Origin: Nymphaea colorata
Taxonomy: Eukaryota
Direction of reading: 5' to 3'
Assembly: GCF_008831285.2 (NCBI RefSeq)
Contig: NC_045138.2
Location: forward strand, 29,264,001 to 29,328,000
DNA: 64,000 nt
Both the position numbers and the translations under genes were made by a program. Each line of letters starts with the position of its first letter. Within the stretch, counting starts at the first letter, position 1. Positions 38,147 through 49,882 of this stretch are shown piece after piece. The notes under the pieces were generated by a model that saw only the letters and a program-made list of their open reading frames with translations, was not told where the DNA came from and did not search any database.

Positions 38147-38518
38147 CCTGCTACGGACGCGGGGCCACGGGTAAACACGGAGTGAGGGAGAGGGGAAGGT
38201 CATCGTGCTTTCTGTGTGCGAGAGCAAAGATTGGTTTTTGATGTTTATGGTCAAATGAATGCCATGTCGTCTTTTTAAGATTTTTCTTTGCATTGTAATA
38301 AGTTTATGATGGCCTTTTATGGTGAAAAACCATATTTAATAAAAATAATCTTTTGATTGCATTTGTTTGTTTACTTTGCTTCTTTTTATATTTTTTCAAC
38401 AGATCCAGACTCTATTCCCTTCTTTATATATATATAAGCTTGTGGACACTCACACATACACACACAGAAAGAGGGTACATTTGGAGACAATGAAGGTGGA
38501 TATGATAACTATTTGGTA

Positions 38519-39170
38519 CACCCAAATCCAAATTCAACTTCAAGTAAGACTAAACGATATCCAACCAAAGGATATAAGGGTAGCTTTATCTTGTTTGGAC
38601 CCAACCAAGTACAAGTAAGTCAATATAGGATTTTCTTACTGAATCTGATTGCATGTAAAAGATTCAAATTCATGTATGTATCTTTCAACTCCACGGAGAA
38701 CTAAACAATCCAGCTGTCAGAAGGAGATAGGAGTAGCTAGCCTATGTCACCAGGGTGCGGCAACCCTGGTGACGCACCCGCATCGACGCGACGAGGGTGC
38801 GACCCAGATTCGCACCCAACCCGCACCCTATTGATTTCAGTTTTTTTTAGTTTTTTTTATCAAATTTGATATTATTAATATATTATAATAATAAATTAAT
38901 AATAATAATAAATACTCTCGCTGTACCGCCGCACCGTAATTTTTTGAGATGTATCGCATCGGCACCCGCATTCGCACCTGCACCCTGCATTCTGGTGACA
39001 TAGTAGCTAGCTGCATCTTCTTTGGATCAAATCAAGTCCAAGTTAGTTATGGGATTTTCTTATTGAATTCAATTGCATGTAAAAGATTCATCACCCCAAA
39101 TCCAAGTCCAAGTACAACAAAACGATCTAAACTCAAAAAGATATAGGAACAGCTGCATCTTGTCTGAGCC
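38519..39170. repeat. Diverged ~150-bp tandem repeat (~2.5 units) interrupted by a MITE
   Basis: GGATTTTCTTA(C/T)TGAAT...ATTGCATGTAAAAGATTCA at ~38628 and ~39052; GATATA..G..AGCT..ATCTT at ~38571, ~38726/39010 and ~39140. Confidence 0.7.
38742..39003. mobile_element. hAT-type MITE, 262 bp, with perfect 8-bp TSD
   Basis: TIR CTATGTCACCAG / CTGGTGACATAG; TSD TAGCTAGC at 38734-38741 and 39004-39011; subterminal CGCACC repeats; AT-rich core. Confidence 0.9.
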
Positions 39171-41480
39171 AATCTGTTCGCATCCACAATGCCATAAAAA
39201 AGGAAGCTAGGGAATTAACGGGATGCAGGTGTATGTGTGTGTATGCAGGGGTGTGTATGTGTGTGTGTGGAGATTGACGGGATGCAGGTGGGTAAAACCG
39301 CGCTTATAATTAAAAGCAATATTCAACCGCTTTGCTTGCTGGGTTGGATGATGAGTATTTGTGCGCATATTGTGCGCGCGCGTTAATGTAGCGTGGAAAT
39401 GGATCGAATTTAGATCTTATGGAGAGTTCGATACAGTCTGAAGCAGTGGTGGAGTCAGAAACCTAAACTAACGGGACCATAAAATCCTTACAAACAAAAT
39501 GGAGAAAATATACCCTCTTAATCAGTATATACTTTTTTATAAGAATACATTTTCCATGAATATTATTAAAAAAAAAAGACTAGAGCCATTGTTTTGTTCT
39601 TTCACTAGAAAACTGCCCTGTTGGTACTTTAAAAAAAAAATTAAAGACGGTTCTGAGATGAGATATTCAATTAAGAAGTAGACTTTCTTGAAAAACTAAA
39701 CTGAGGACCATCTATAAAATTTTTTGTGTGTAAAATTTTGTTCTATTTAACCTTTATTTTCTTTATAAATATTTGTTATATTTGAGGCTATAAAACTATT
39801 AGCCATATTTTTGAAGGACTTACAACTATGGCTATCTTACGATTTTGAAGAACCAACTTCTACAATGTGTCAATTTCTATTTCTTGAAAATTCTTGCTTG
39901 TACAACCAAACAACATGATGTACAGCATCGCTAATATCAGAGGATCATGTTAAATGTATATAGAAGGTTTGATTGCAAATACAGTCTTCAAGGTTTTCAT
40001 AATATGGGTGTATGTGTTTCTGAAATACCATAACGGCATTTGGTAGGAACATTATATTCTTGGAACACATGTTCTTAAGATACATATTTTAAGAACACTT
40101 TCTTTTTTGTTCTAAAGAAGCCACTCATAATTGAAAATTGTCTGACACATTCTCCACGTCTATTTTAGCAGGTTTAGCAAAATGCAGCCAACAATTTGAA
40201 TTTTCAACGAAATCATGACTTACACGAGAACCTTGTTCTCAAGGATTTTGTGCTTACACGTTATACAAATTCTCGTTCCCTTAGAAATTTAAAGAGCTAG
40301 TGGGCATTCTGTTCCTATTGTTCCTCCCACTCCATTGTTTGGTTGAATGAAAGGGTTTTATAGGACCCTATTTCCCCCCAAGGTTGCATCAGTGGGCATT
40401 TTGTTCATAGTTTTCACAGTAAAAACTTCAAACTATCATGCAATCAAAGAACTATCACTTAGATTCCTTTTTTCTTTTAGACAGTTTTCGTTTTCTTTAT
40501 AATCAATCTGTGATACGCTGCTTATCTTTTGTGAAATTAATGATGAACCTTATGGCGAGTTCGTGTAAAAATGCCTTACGATACTCCTAGCTTAGTTTCC
40601 AGTATGCCGCGAACCACATACAAATGTAAACAAGCAATAATTTGGTAGAGGAAATAGAACTTATCTTATTCTCTTTCTTCCCTACCATACACAAGATTGT
40701 TGACGTGCAACAACTATAAGCGGAGATGGTGACGCAGTTTTTCATGCCACAAATGCACGAACGAGTCTTTCTCTGTTCCATGTGCATGCGTCAAGAGACA
40801 CTGGCGCAACATGAGATGTCTGTAGGGTTAGAATATGATCTATCAAGAGTTTGAAAGTTCAAAAGGTGGGAGCCACAACCCACTCTTCAACTGTGCAGCC
40901 AGGTATGACAAAGGCAAAAAGTAAATCTCCACATGAAACCCGCAGTGCCGATGCAAAAAATTCCATTGACAATTCCAGTGAAGAAAAAACTAACATGTAT
41001 GTTTGCGCTATGGCAGTTTACATCCTCGAAAAATTTCTTTCCTCTCCTCTTTAGGATGACACTCAATCAACTAATGCAAGCAGCCCGATGACAATCACTT
41101 ATTAACCACTCGGAGCAAAGGGAAATGGGGAGAAAAGAATTTATACAACTTATAAGAGTCTAAAGACCCGTGTCTGGCAATTGAGCAAGCCTCTAGCGAC
41201 TCAGAACAACGTGAAGCACCGGCTGGTTTGGCTAACCTTTTGTATCAACAGAATAATTTTCTCTGATACTGTGTCTGACCATGCAGAACCCCTTGTACAT
41301 CATCCAAGGAGAACAGTTGCCTCCAACTTTTGCCTTGACAACCAGGTCGGTGGTGCCATGTATGCCAGTCAATCGAGTTCATGTACAACACTGTGGATCT
41401 CTTTAAACACTCATCCACCAGCTATTGCAGTCAAATGACGAGGAAGGACATATTTACAAGAAATGAACCCAGCTGGAAAT

Positions 41481-43497
41481 CTACCAGTCATCCAGCCATT
41501 CAGGAGTCCCTAGGTCACCTGAATCTGTAGCTGGAGGCACGAACGGCAATGAGCAGTCCTCTGCATGATTTTCCACGTAGTAATTTATCCGAGATACGAT
41601 TTCAGGAGGAACAGGAGAATGGCCCTTCGTAATTTCATCCCATTCAACACCTGTGAACCACTGGTGGCTTTTTACCGAATCTGCACCCCGGCTGCCAAGC
41701 CTTGAACTTGGATCAACTTCGAGTAGCTGACAAGTAACATAAAGTTTTAGAGAAAAGAGGGAAATGAACAGATCCACAATAAGAACCGTATACATAAGAA
41801 TGTGTATACATGTTTGCTGCATCACGAAGGAAGATAATAACCTTGGTGATCAGGTCAACTAGCTCCATACTAAATGTATGAGGAAGTGTAAGGTGACCTC
41901 TTGCAATCTTAGCAAATGTGTCAAGTTCACTCTCTCGCCATGAACCAAATGGCATTTCCGCTTGAAACATAAAATATATCAATGTACCCAATGCCCACCT
42001 GCAATTAAGAATAATTGAGAAAATCTATATTAAATAGAAACAACCAGCAGGGAAAGTTAGCAAAACCTTAAAGAAAATTGACTAAATCATTACAACGAGT
42101 AATGATAATAATTACATGAAATACTTTATACCAATACATTATATGAAACAAGCTGTCAAAATATTTTCAAGACCATGCAAAAGATCCATAACAAAATGGA
42201 GCTCTCGTCCCACATCATGAATCTTCAGCTGGAACTTGGAACTGGAAGTACAAACAGTTTATTGAAGATATGGTTTTGCCTAAAGCTATTCCTTGGTGGC
42301 TAAGGATTAACGACAGAATAATTTTATAAAGTTACATATTGCTAGCTGAAGTTGTTTGTGACACACGTGCACTACAAGACCATGACGATGATGATGTAGC
42401 ACTAGTCTGCCTGACCCCCTCCATACTAGGGAATGATGTTCATACAAAGTAAGCTAAGTAACATACTATCCCATATTCATATACCAATGTCAAGATAAAT
42501 TTTGTGCACATATGCATGGGAAGCATCTGAGATAAGGAGGCCTCTTGCTCTTCTCTCTTTTTCCTACCACACTTGAACAAATATAAGTTATTCTTTAAGG
42601 TTTTGAATCCAGGAGCCTCAGTTTATATGGTGACTTGACATGGTCAGCTAGTACCATACGGAAGTGGAATCCCATGATGGGAAAATGCTACAGAGTTTTT
42701 GCCGCTAATGGATCACAAGACGTGTCAGTAACTTATTATTTATTTCCAATTATATAAAACATTACAAAAGATACTTCTGCTTATATGATTAACAAACTAC
42801 AAGCTATCATATCAACTTTTGGGAGCATTCTTCTGAGGAACAATTAGACTACTCTTGCACAAAACTTTTTCCACCACAGAAATGTATTTTTCAGATAATC
42901 TTTCGAGTCTTCTTTTCAAATACAGGACTTCAAGAATGCAGCACAATTACCAAAAGAACAATGTACAATTGTACATATAAATATCAGAAATTACTAGATA
43001 GAAAGTAAACATGATCCATTTGCATGTTGCGGAGAATATCAATTCGCAAAAGCAGCAAAATAATTTGGCCATTTCATATGTGAGCCCTTGGGAATCAGGG
43101 ATAGTTCATATAGGCAATTTGGTGATTTACATCAACATGCAAATCAAACTTTACAAATGCCAGAAGGAAATGTGCCTAACGTGGATTCTCTGTTTAGCAT
43201 AACTCCTTGAAACAAGTAAATTAGTTAACCGAATTATGCCTTGTACAGCTGGTAGCTGTATAACGTTAGAGAGTTGGATTGGAATTTTGAGGGCCTAATA
43301 ATGCCTAAGGCAACAACAACAGTGAATACTGCCCAATTGTCCTATGCCATATCCATTCCTATTTCCTAATCATTAAGAGACAGAAAGAAAAAGTCACTAA
43401 GAAAGAAAGAGGAGAAAGAAATTTAACCACCCATCTCATTTGAGATGAACGATCTTAACAGTTAGTGTTGGATTTGGCATGGGTTAATTGGGCACTA

Positions 43498-43561
<64 letters not shown>

Positions 43562-46500
43562 AGCTTGGTGTGCAAAGTCTGCTTCTTTAATGCAAAAGAG
43601 GTGCACGCATGAAAAAAGAACAAAAAAAATCGAAGTAGCAGATTCATCATGCACTAGGTTCAACAGGCAGATCTGTTTACCAGTCAGCGGTGAAAGTGTG
43701 ACCCTTGCCCTGAACTATTTCTGGTGCCAAAGAATCTGCCATTCCGCAAATGGTGAAGGTTCTTTCATTGGACAACCTTTTCCCGAATCTGAAGTCAACT
43801 AGCTAAAAAACATGAAATGAAGGTGAACCCTAACTTGAACATGCACCACGTTCTTTTCTTCAATCCAACATGACAACTATGAATAAAGGGATCTTGGAGA
43901 CAAACCTGGAGATGACCAGTTCGATCAAACATTAAAACATCAGGTGACACTCCCCTGTAAAGAATACCATTCTGGGATTTTGGAAAAGCAAAAGATACAG
44001 GAGTAAGTAGTCTCCACGTAATCAAACTAACAAGGACCAAAAATGAAGAGTTTTACCAATTTCTAACCTTGTGCAATTGCTCTAAGGCAACAACAACAGA
44101 AGCAGCGCAAAAACGAACCGAAGGTTCATCTAATGGTACATGTACTATTGAGGATAATGTACAAGTCAGACATGTTTTCAGCAACAATCCAACATAATGT
44201 TCATCTGCACAAGTAGACAGAATTCTTGGCACACACGTAACATGACTCGAGCTCTTCATAAGATTTCTCTCCTTCAAGACTTGTGATTCCCTTCCAAGGT
44301 GCTTTATCCTAGCCTTTGAGAACCTCTTCAAGCTCAGAATGTTTTCTGGTAGCCAAGTACAAAAAGTCCAGTATTGTCAATCATAAAGGTCATGTTATCA
44401 CACCCTCATATCTGAAAAAAAGTAACAAGAAAGCCTAGGCAAGTTTCACACCTGAGACTCTCAAAGAGACAAGTCCAATCTCACTGCAATCTGTTGAATG
44501 AACACCAGTTTGCCATTCCTGTTCAAAAAAACTATATAGCTGACTACCGGTATCTAGCAAAAGAATTTGCACCCACTTTCACCTATGGCAATCAAAAGCA
44601 TTTTTCAAATAATAATATTATCTTCACCTACCAGCTCAGCAAACTGAACCTTCGGAAAGTCTTCTGTATCTATGTTTGCAGTTGGTTTCGTAGGAGAACC
44701 TAAAAAGTGGTCTCTGGACCTAAAAGCAACAAAAAAGACGGGAAGAATTGCATAAGCTACCCAGGAAATACGCCAAAAAAAAAAAACAAAAAACACCACC
44801 ATTTGCTGGTTTAGGGTCTGCCTGGCAACATAGTGCATGAAAAGATAAAAAGCAACAATCTAGTTAGCGGAAGGGGAAACTTTCTCATTCAAAGTTTCAA
44901 CTTTCAAACCACAAATCTCACATACTTGTTATCATCTTGGGGGAGTTTAACTAAAGGTCCAACTGCAGAATCAAACTTTTCCTTTGTGATGACTTCACAG
45001 ATGACATCACCAATTGCTGTTGCAGATAAAGATTCAATGTTTTCACCAAGAAGTGTCCATTCCCCAAAATAGCCTCCCTCCTTCTTAATCAAATGTCTAC
45101 TGCTTCTCTGATACTTATCTGACCGATCAAGTGTCTCTGGCTGAAGACTATTTTCACTTGGAGTTTTTATCAGATCTGTATCATACGACAGCTTTACCTG
45201 TCCTTTCTGTATAATATACAACCCGGAGAGGTGTTCATTCTGGAAAAGATAAGTAGCAATCAGTATGATCAATAACATTATCACACCTAAAATCACAACT
45301 GCCTCATTGCATTCAAAAATGACAAGTAAACATTAAATAAGCACATTCAGCTTCAGGTGATCAACCTCAAGAGCGAAAGACAGATCTATGAATTTTAGAA
45401 AATTTCACTTGTATAAGAACTCACACTAAACAACATATTCAAGACCTTCAGATTTTTTACTAAGAAGTGATAACAGAGAAACAAGCACAAGGTACAAGAT
45501 CATCCAACAATAAATCATATCCAAGAAGAGTCGATGCAATTATGTCAGGCATGAAATCAGGCACAGCCAAATTAATACTGTCACTGATGCTACATAAATA
45601 CCAGCTTTGATCCTGTTCTAGTACCCACCAGTTACACCAGGCTCACAAGCAAGAAAGTGTCACATGCAATACCAATGGTTTTCTTAGAAGTTCTAACCGC
45701 TCCTTTAAGTTGCACTAAGGGATCCACCAAACAGACATTCTCAAAGTGCAAATCTTAAGCATCACATAAGAAAGAAAGTGGCAGATCTCTTGCCAGGAAG
45801 GATAATGTTTTCTAACTATGTTGAGTTTTCAGAAACATTAAGGCAGCAAATATTTATCAAGAGCGTAGAAAGTGCCAGTTCAGTATAGGAGAGGCTTTCA
45901 GGCCTTTCTTATATTTTCTCATTCATCTTACTGCATGTGGATACAAATATTTGATTGGTTCCAATGGAAATGGACCAATATAATGACATGAGCAAGACAG
46001 ATTTTTAAAGTCAGTAGGGAAACCGACATCTAGTAACACATGGACCATTCTAAAAATCTTACATTTAGGCAAAGGAAAATCAAAGTTCGCTAAAGTGCAT
46101 TACAAGCTTTATAAACACAAGTAACAAACCTTATTGATTATTGTCTCTCCATCTGAGAAGGAGATCTCCACAAGAGAATCTGCGATATCACTTAACTGCA
46201 TGATTGTCAATTTTGAAAGACAATCTACAGATCGAAGCAACTTTAAGGCTGATAAGTTGGAAAATTCTGACATAAGTATTGCTCGAAAATCTTCTCTTTT
46301 CAATGCCCAGAGTGCTCCTTTTGTCACTGCCCGCACAGATGCCTGAAGGGGCTTATTGTACCTGTTTACAGCAGAGAAGTGGGAATCCTTAATCAACTAA
46401 TTGTAGTTTTGGTGATAAGTAACCAATAAATCAAGACAATCAAGACAGAGGAAGAAATTATCATACATTAATGCTAATTCCCCAAAACATGACAACTTTT

Positions 46501-49372
46501 CAGCTGTATACCGATGCAAAACCCTACCCGCCTCCTTTTCCTCGGTCTTTCCTTCCTGTTATTTCATATAATTTGTTATACTTCAGCCAGAACTTTGCAA
46601 ATTTTATGGTACAAAGACATACAAAACTACATGATCAATCACAGACAAGAGAACGTCCTTTCCTTTCATAATTTTAAAAGCCAGTGAATGACACTTAGTT
46701 GGACACAATAGGAAATAAATGTAGTTATGCTGGTCGAAGCATCCATATATTCAAAACCCTAGCAAGTTGAGAAGCAAAGGGAACAGAAAAAAAACAACCA
46801 AGGATGAAATGGAAAATTAAGAGCATATCCCTAGTGGCATACCTGAGAAGCAAAAACTTCAAATTCTCCACTGCCAACAACATAAAAGCAATCTCCTTCC
46901 CCACCCTAGAATAATCCCCACATGGTAAGTATGAATATTAAAATAGTAAACATATCAACTCACTACAATTCACTGGCAAATTTTTTCAATGACGACACTG
47001 CCTGGAGAGAATTTTCCACGTAGAAAAGACTGACCTGCTGCACAACAATATCTCCAGTTTCAACCTCAACCTTTTGCATGGATTCAATCAGAACATGGCG
47101 TTGAGAATCAGTCAGTTTTCTGAACAAGAAATGATCATTTAATGCTCGTTCAATGTGTGCCTGACGACAGAAAAAAATCACATAACAAAGTCAATAACCA
47201 TTAGCAAACTAACAATTAGGAAAACACAAATGGTGAGATTACAATAAAGATTCCACTAGCAGTCTCCACATTTTCCTTTTTTATCTAAAGCAACGTGTCT
47301 AACAAAGAAAAGAAAGAGCAGCAATACTTCTTCTTCCCAGGTTTTCCTGTGAGGAATGGATGGAGGGATCCAAACGTGTCCATTCTCCAAAGAGCACTCA
47401 ATGGCTCTGAGACGAGCCCTTGATAAATCATGCCTACCACGATGGTTTCTTGAATTCCAACCCATAGGTGTCGGTGATTCAGACCCTGTAAATTCTCCAA
47501 CTTGCTGTAGAGATTTCACACCAACATCAGAAGCCTTTTGACCCATATCTATCTGCAGATTAATGTAATGGTGTTAATCCAAGATTCCAAATAATTTCCA
47601 TCAAAAAATGACCTAAAAAATGAACCAAATCAAAGACAAAAAGAAACATCACCAACATACACTATTCAAACCATTGACATGCACAACGATGATTGTTATG
47701 TCATCAGTGCGAGTTTCATATTGCAACCATAATCGGTAAGATTCAGCAACAATCGCAGCACACGCATCACGTGGATCCTTGTACTTTGCAACCTGGTCAT
47801 TTGGGTTAAGAATGTACAAGCCCTTTTAGGATATTAGCACATATTCATACACGTGCAAAATGTTGTGGTGCAGGACAAATCCTTGATAGTTGAAATGCAT
47901 TGGATGCCTAAATCTAAGAGACTCCATGATCAGCAAGCATGTTATGCAGACGTTTAACAGCTGAAAATCAAACTATTGTGCCATAACATGACATCAAATC
48001 GAAAAATAAAAAAGGACAAAGTACATGCATTTTGGAAAGACGCATCTGTGAGTAGGAGATGCAAAAAAAGGCATATGAAAAATCCAGATTGGATAAAATC
48101 TCTCAAGAAACCTACGAAAGAATTGAAAATTTTTGCAGTTTGGTGTTGATGTTTGTTGAAAAACCAGTTGCTTCACCTTCAACCAGGAAACCAAATGTTA
48201 GGGGGTAAGTGAGCAAATATCAAATTTGGGCAAGAAAAACATTTTTAACATCTGCAAGCTTTTGGAAACGCCATGAAGTTATCAAAACACAGCATGCAAT
48301 GGATGCCCTTTTATTCCACTAGAGAGCAGAAAGAGTTTCTTCTTACCATGTCGACCACCATTTGACTAGAAATAAATTCAAACACTCCATCACTTGCAAT
48401 CACAAAGAATGGATGATTTGCTGTCAACTCCATTACAGCGACCTCTGGAGTAGCAACAACTCCAATACTCTCTGCAATTGAATCTCCAATACTCCTCGTG
48501 AATGCAGTACCTGGAAACATGCCATTCGGCACCCAGAGCCTGGGCGGATCACCATCGTCATCTTCCTCGTTGCCCCAACACTGCACATCAGGATTCTTCA
48601 GTCCTTCAATCTGATCCAGCGTGAGAACTCTAGCTCCACAACTCTTCACCCTAGCAAGTTCATCTACTCGAAATGGTGTTTGATCAATTGACAGATCAAC
48701 AGCTACGATATCCTTTCCCCTCCTCTCAGCAATCACTGCCCTAGAATCACCACAATTCGCAACGTAGAGAGTCGCCCCTCTAACCAGCACGGTTATTGCT
48801 GTAGTTCCGCTCATGCTATCATCCAAAACATCAGCGTGCAACTGAGAATTCGTGAGCAAGAACGCTGACTGGAAAGCCGCAGCAGCATCCGTCCTGAACC
48901 GGCTCTCTCTCAGCAAATTCTCACACAACTTCCTCTTGACAAACTGCGAGCATTGCGCCCCGAACTCCCCGTGCCCATCGAATACGCCGAAGAAATGGTC
49001 CCCCTCGTCCGTCCCAAAGGCCGTGTGGATGCAGAAGCTATCCTGATTCGCCTTATCCAGTGCCTCTGGATAGTACCCCCGCTGCGAGAGGTACGAGTAC
49101 CTCAATTCGAAACCCCCAGGGGCCACACGAACTGACCGAGAACCATCCGGAGGCAGGAACTGCGACGAGACCCTGGACAATCTGGCGATTCCCAACTCGG
49201 AGTCACGATTCCTCGAAAAATGACTCAACTGATCAACACGCTCCGTCTCTTCATCCGACGATGAACTCTGCGGTACATCCCCTTTGGGTTCAACAGTCCC
49301 CCCAAGCTTCGGCGAAACCCTAGGCGTGGAAGTCTCCTGCAGCGTGCAACACCTCGAGTTCACACACCCCAT
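41481..49372 (-). CDS. Protein phosphatase 2C and cyclic-nucleotide-binding/kinase-domain protein (At2g20050-like); 15 coding exons: 49372-48347, 47792-47661, 47552-47328, 47160-47035, 46905-46843, 46555-46467, 46361-46130, 45239-44926, 44719-44632, 44518-44452, 44345-44068, 43971-43906, 43802-43681, 41998-41842, 41726-41481; ~1076 aa
   Basis: PP2C motifs ([47 protein letters not shown]), two cNMP-binding folds ([13 protein letters not shown]...[15 protein letters not shown]), and an AGC-like kinase fold (TFTICG...LAPEI...ADWWALG). All 14 introns are GT-AG, phases are consistent, total 3231 nt. Confidence 0.95.
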
Positions 49373-49860
49373 TTCCTCCCTCACATCAACAGAACACCCT
49401 CAACCATCTCCACCAACCCTGACGGCAACACCAAAAGTGAACTCAACCCCTTCATGATCCCCCTCCAAGCTCCTAAAAAAATATTCAAGCTCAGAAGACT
49501 GTCTCACACCAGACGAGACCTCAAATGCTCAAACTGAAACTGAATAGCACCCCAGCGCGACTTCTACAGCGAATTCAAGAACCAATTCCTCTGATTCCGT
49601 GTTGAAAAGTAAAAATCAGAAGCAACAATCAAGCAATTCAGATCCTAAAAGAAATCAACAGAGAAAAAGGGAACTCATAAGTGAAGAAGAGAGTACCTGC
49701 GGCTCTGCGACAAAGAAGTAGAGGCGGCAAAGGAAGACGAAGATGAAGCAGAGAAGGAACGAGGATCGTTACTAAGAGCGCGAGCTCACGGTATAGATAG
49801 TTAGAACATCCTCTCTCTTATCTCTCTCTCGCTCTTTAAAACTTTTTAATTTCGAGAAAA

Positions 49861-49882
49861 AACGGCCCGTTACGATTCCGTT
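49861..49882. promoter_or_regulatory. Cluster of three AACGG (MSA-core-like) motifs upstream of the PP2C-kinase gene
   Basis: AACGG at 49861-49865, CCGTT at 49867-49871 and CCGTT at 49878-49882, just upstream of the GA/CT tract that probably marks the 5' leader. Confidence 0.35.

Larger units (their letters stand above)
35585..38401 (+). mobile_element. Internally deleted Ty1-copia LTR retrotransposon (TRIM-like): 5' LTR 35585-35953, PBS 35954-35965, ~220-bp internal region, PPT 36175-36183, 3' LTR split into 36184-~36222 and ~38240-38401
   Basis: TG...CA ends (TGTTAA...TTCAACA) and tRNA-iMet PBS TGGTATCAGAGC. The internal region translates (with one frameshift) LTKSPP.../FCSKIELLDPSSSLKEDV, like a copia RNase H C-terminus. 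TGTTAATGATAAGGTTGAA is identical at 35585 and 36184. 35810-35953 aligns with 38241-38401. No matching TSD was found. Confidence 0.75.

Noticed and set aside
38968..38988. GCATTCGCACCTGCACC resembling miR530
   Set aside because: Part of the CGCACC subterminal repeats of the hAT MITE; not a miRNA-like hairpin.
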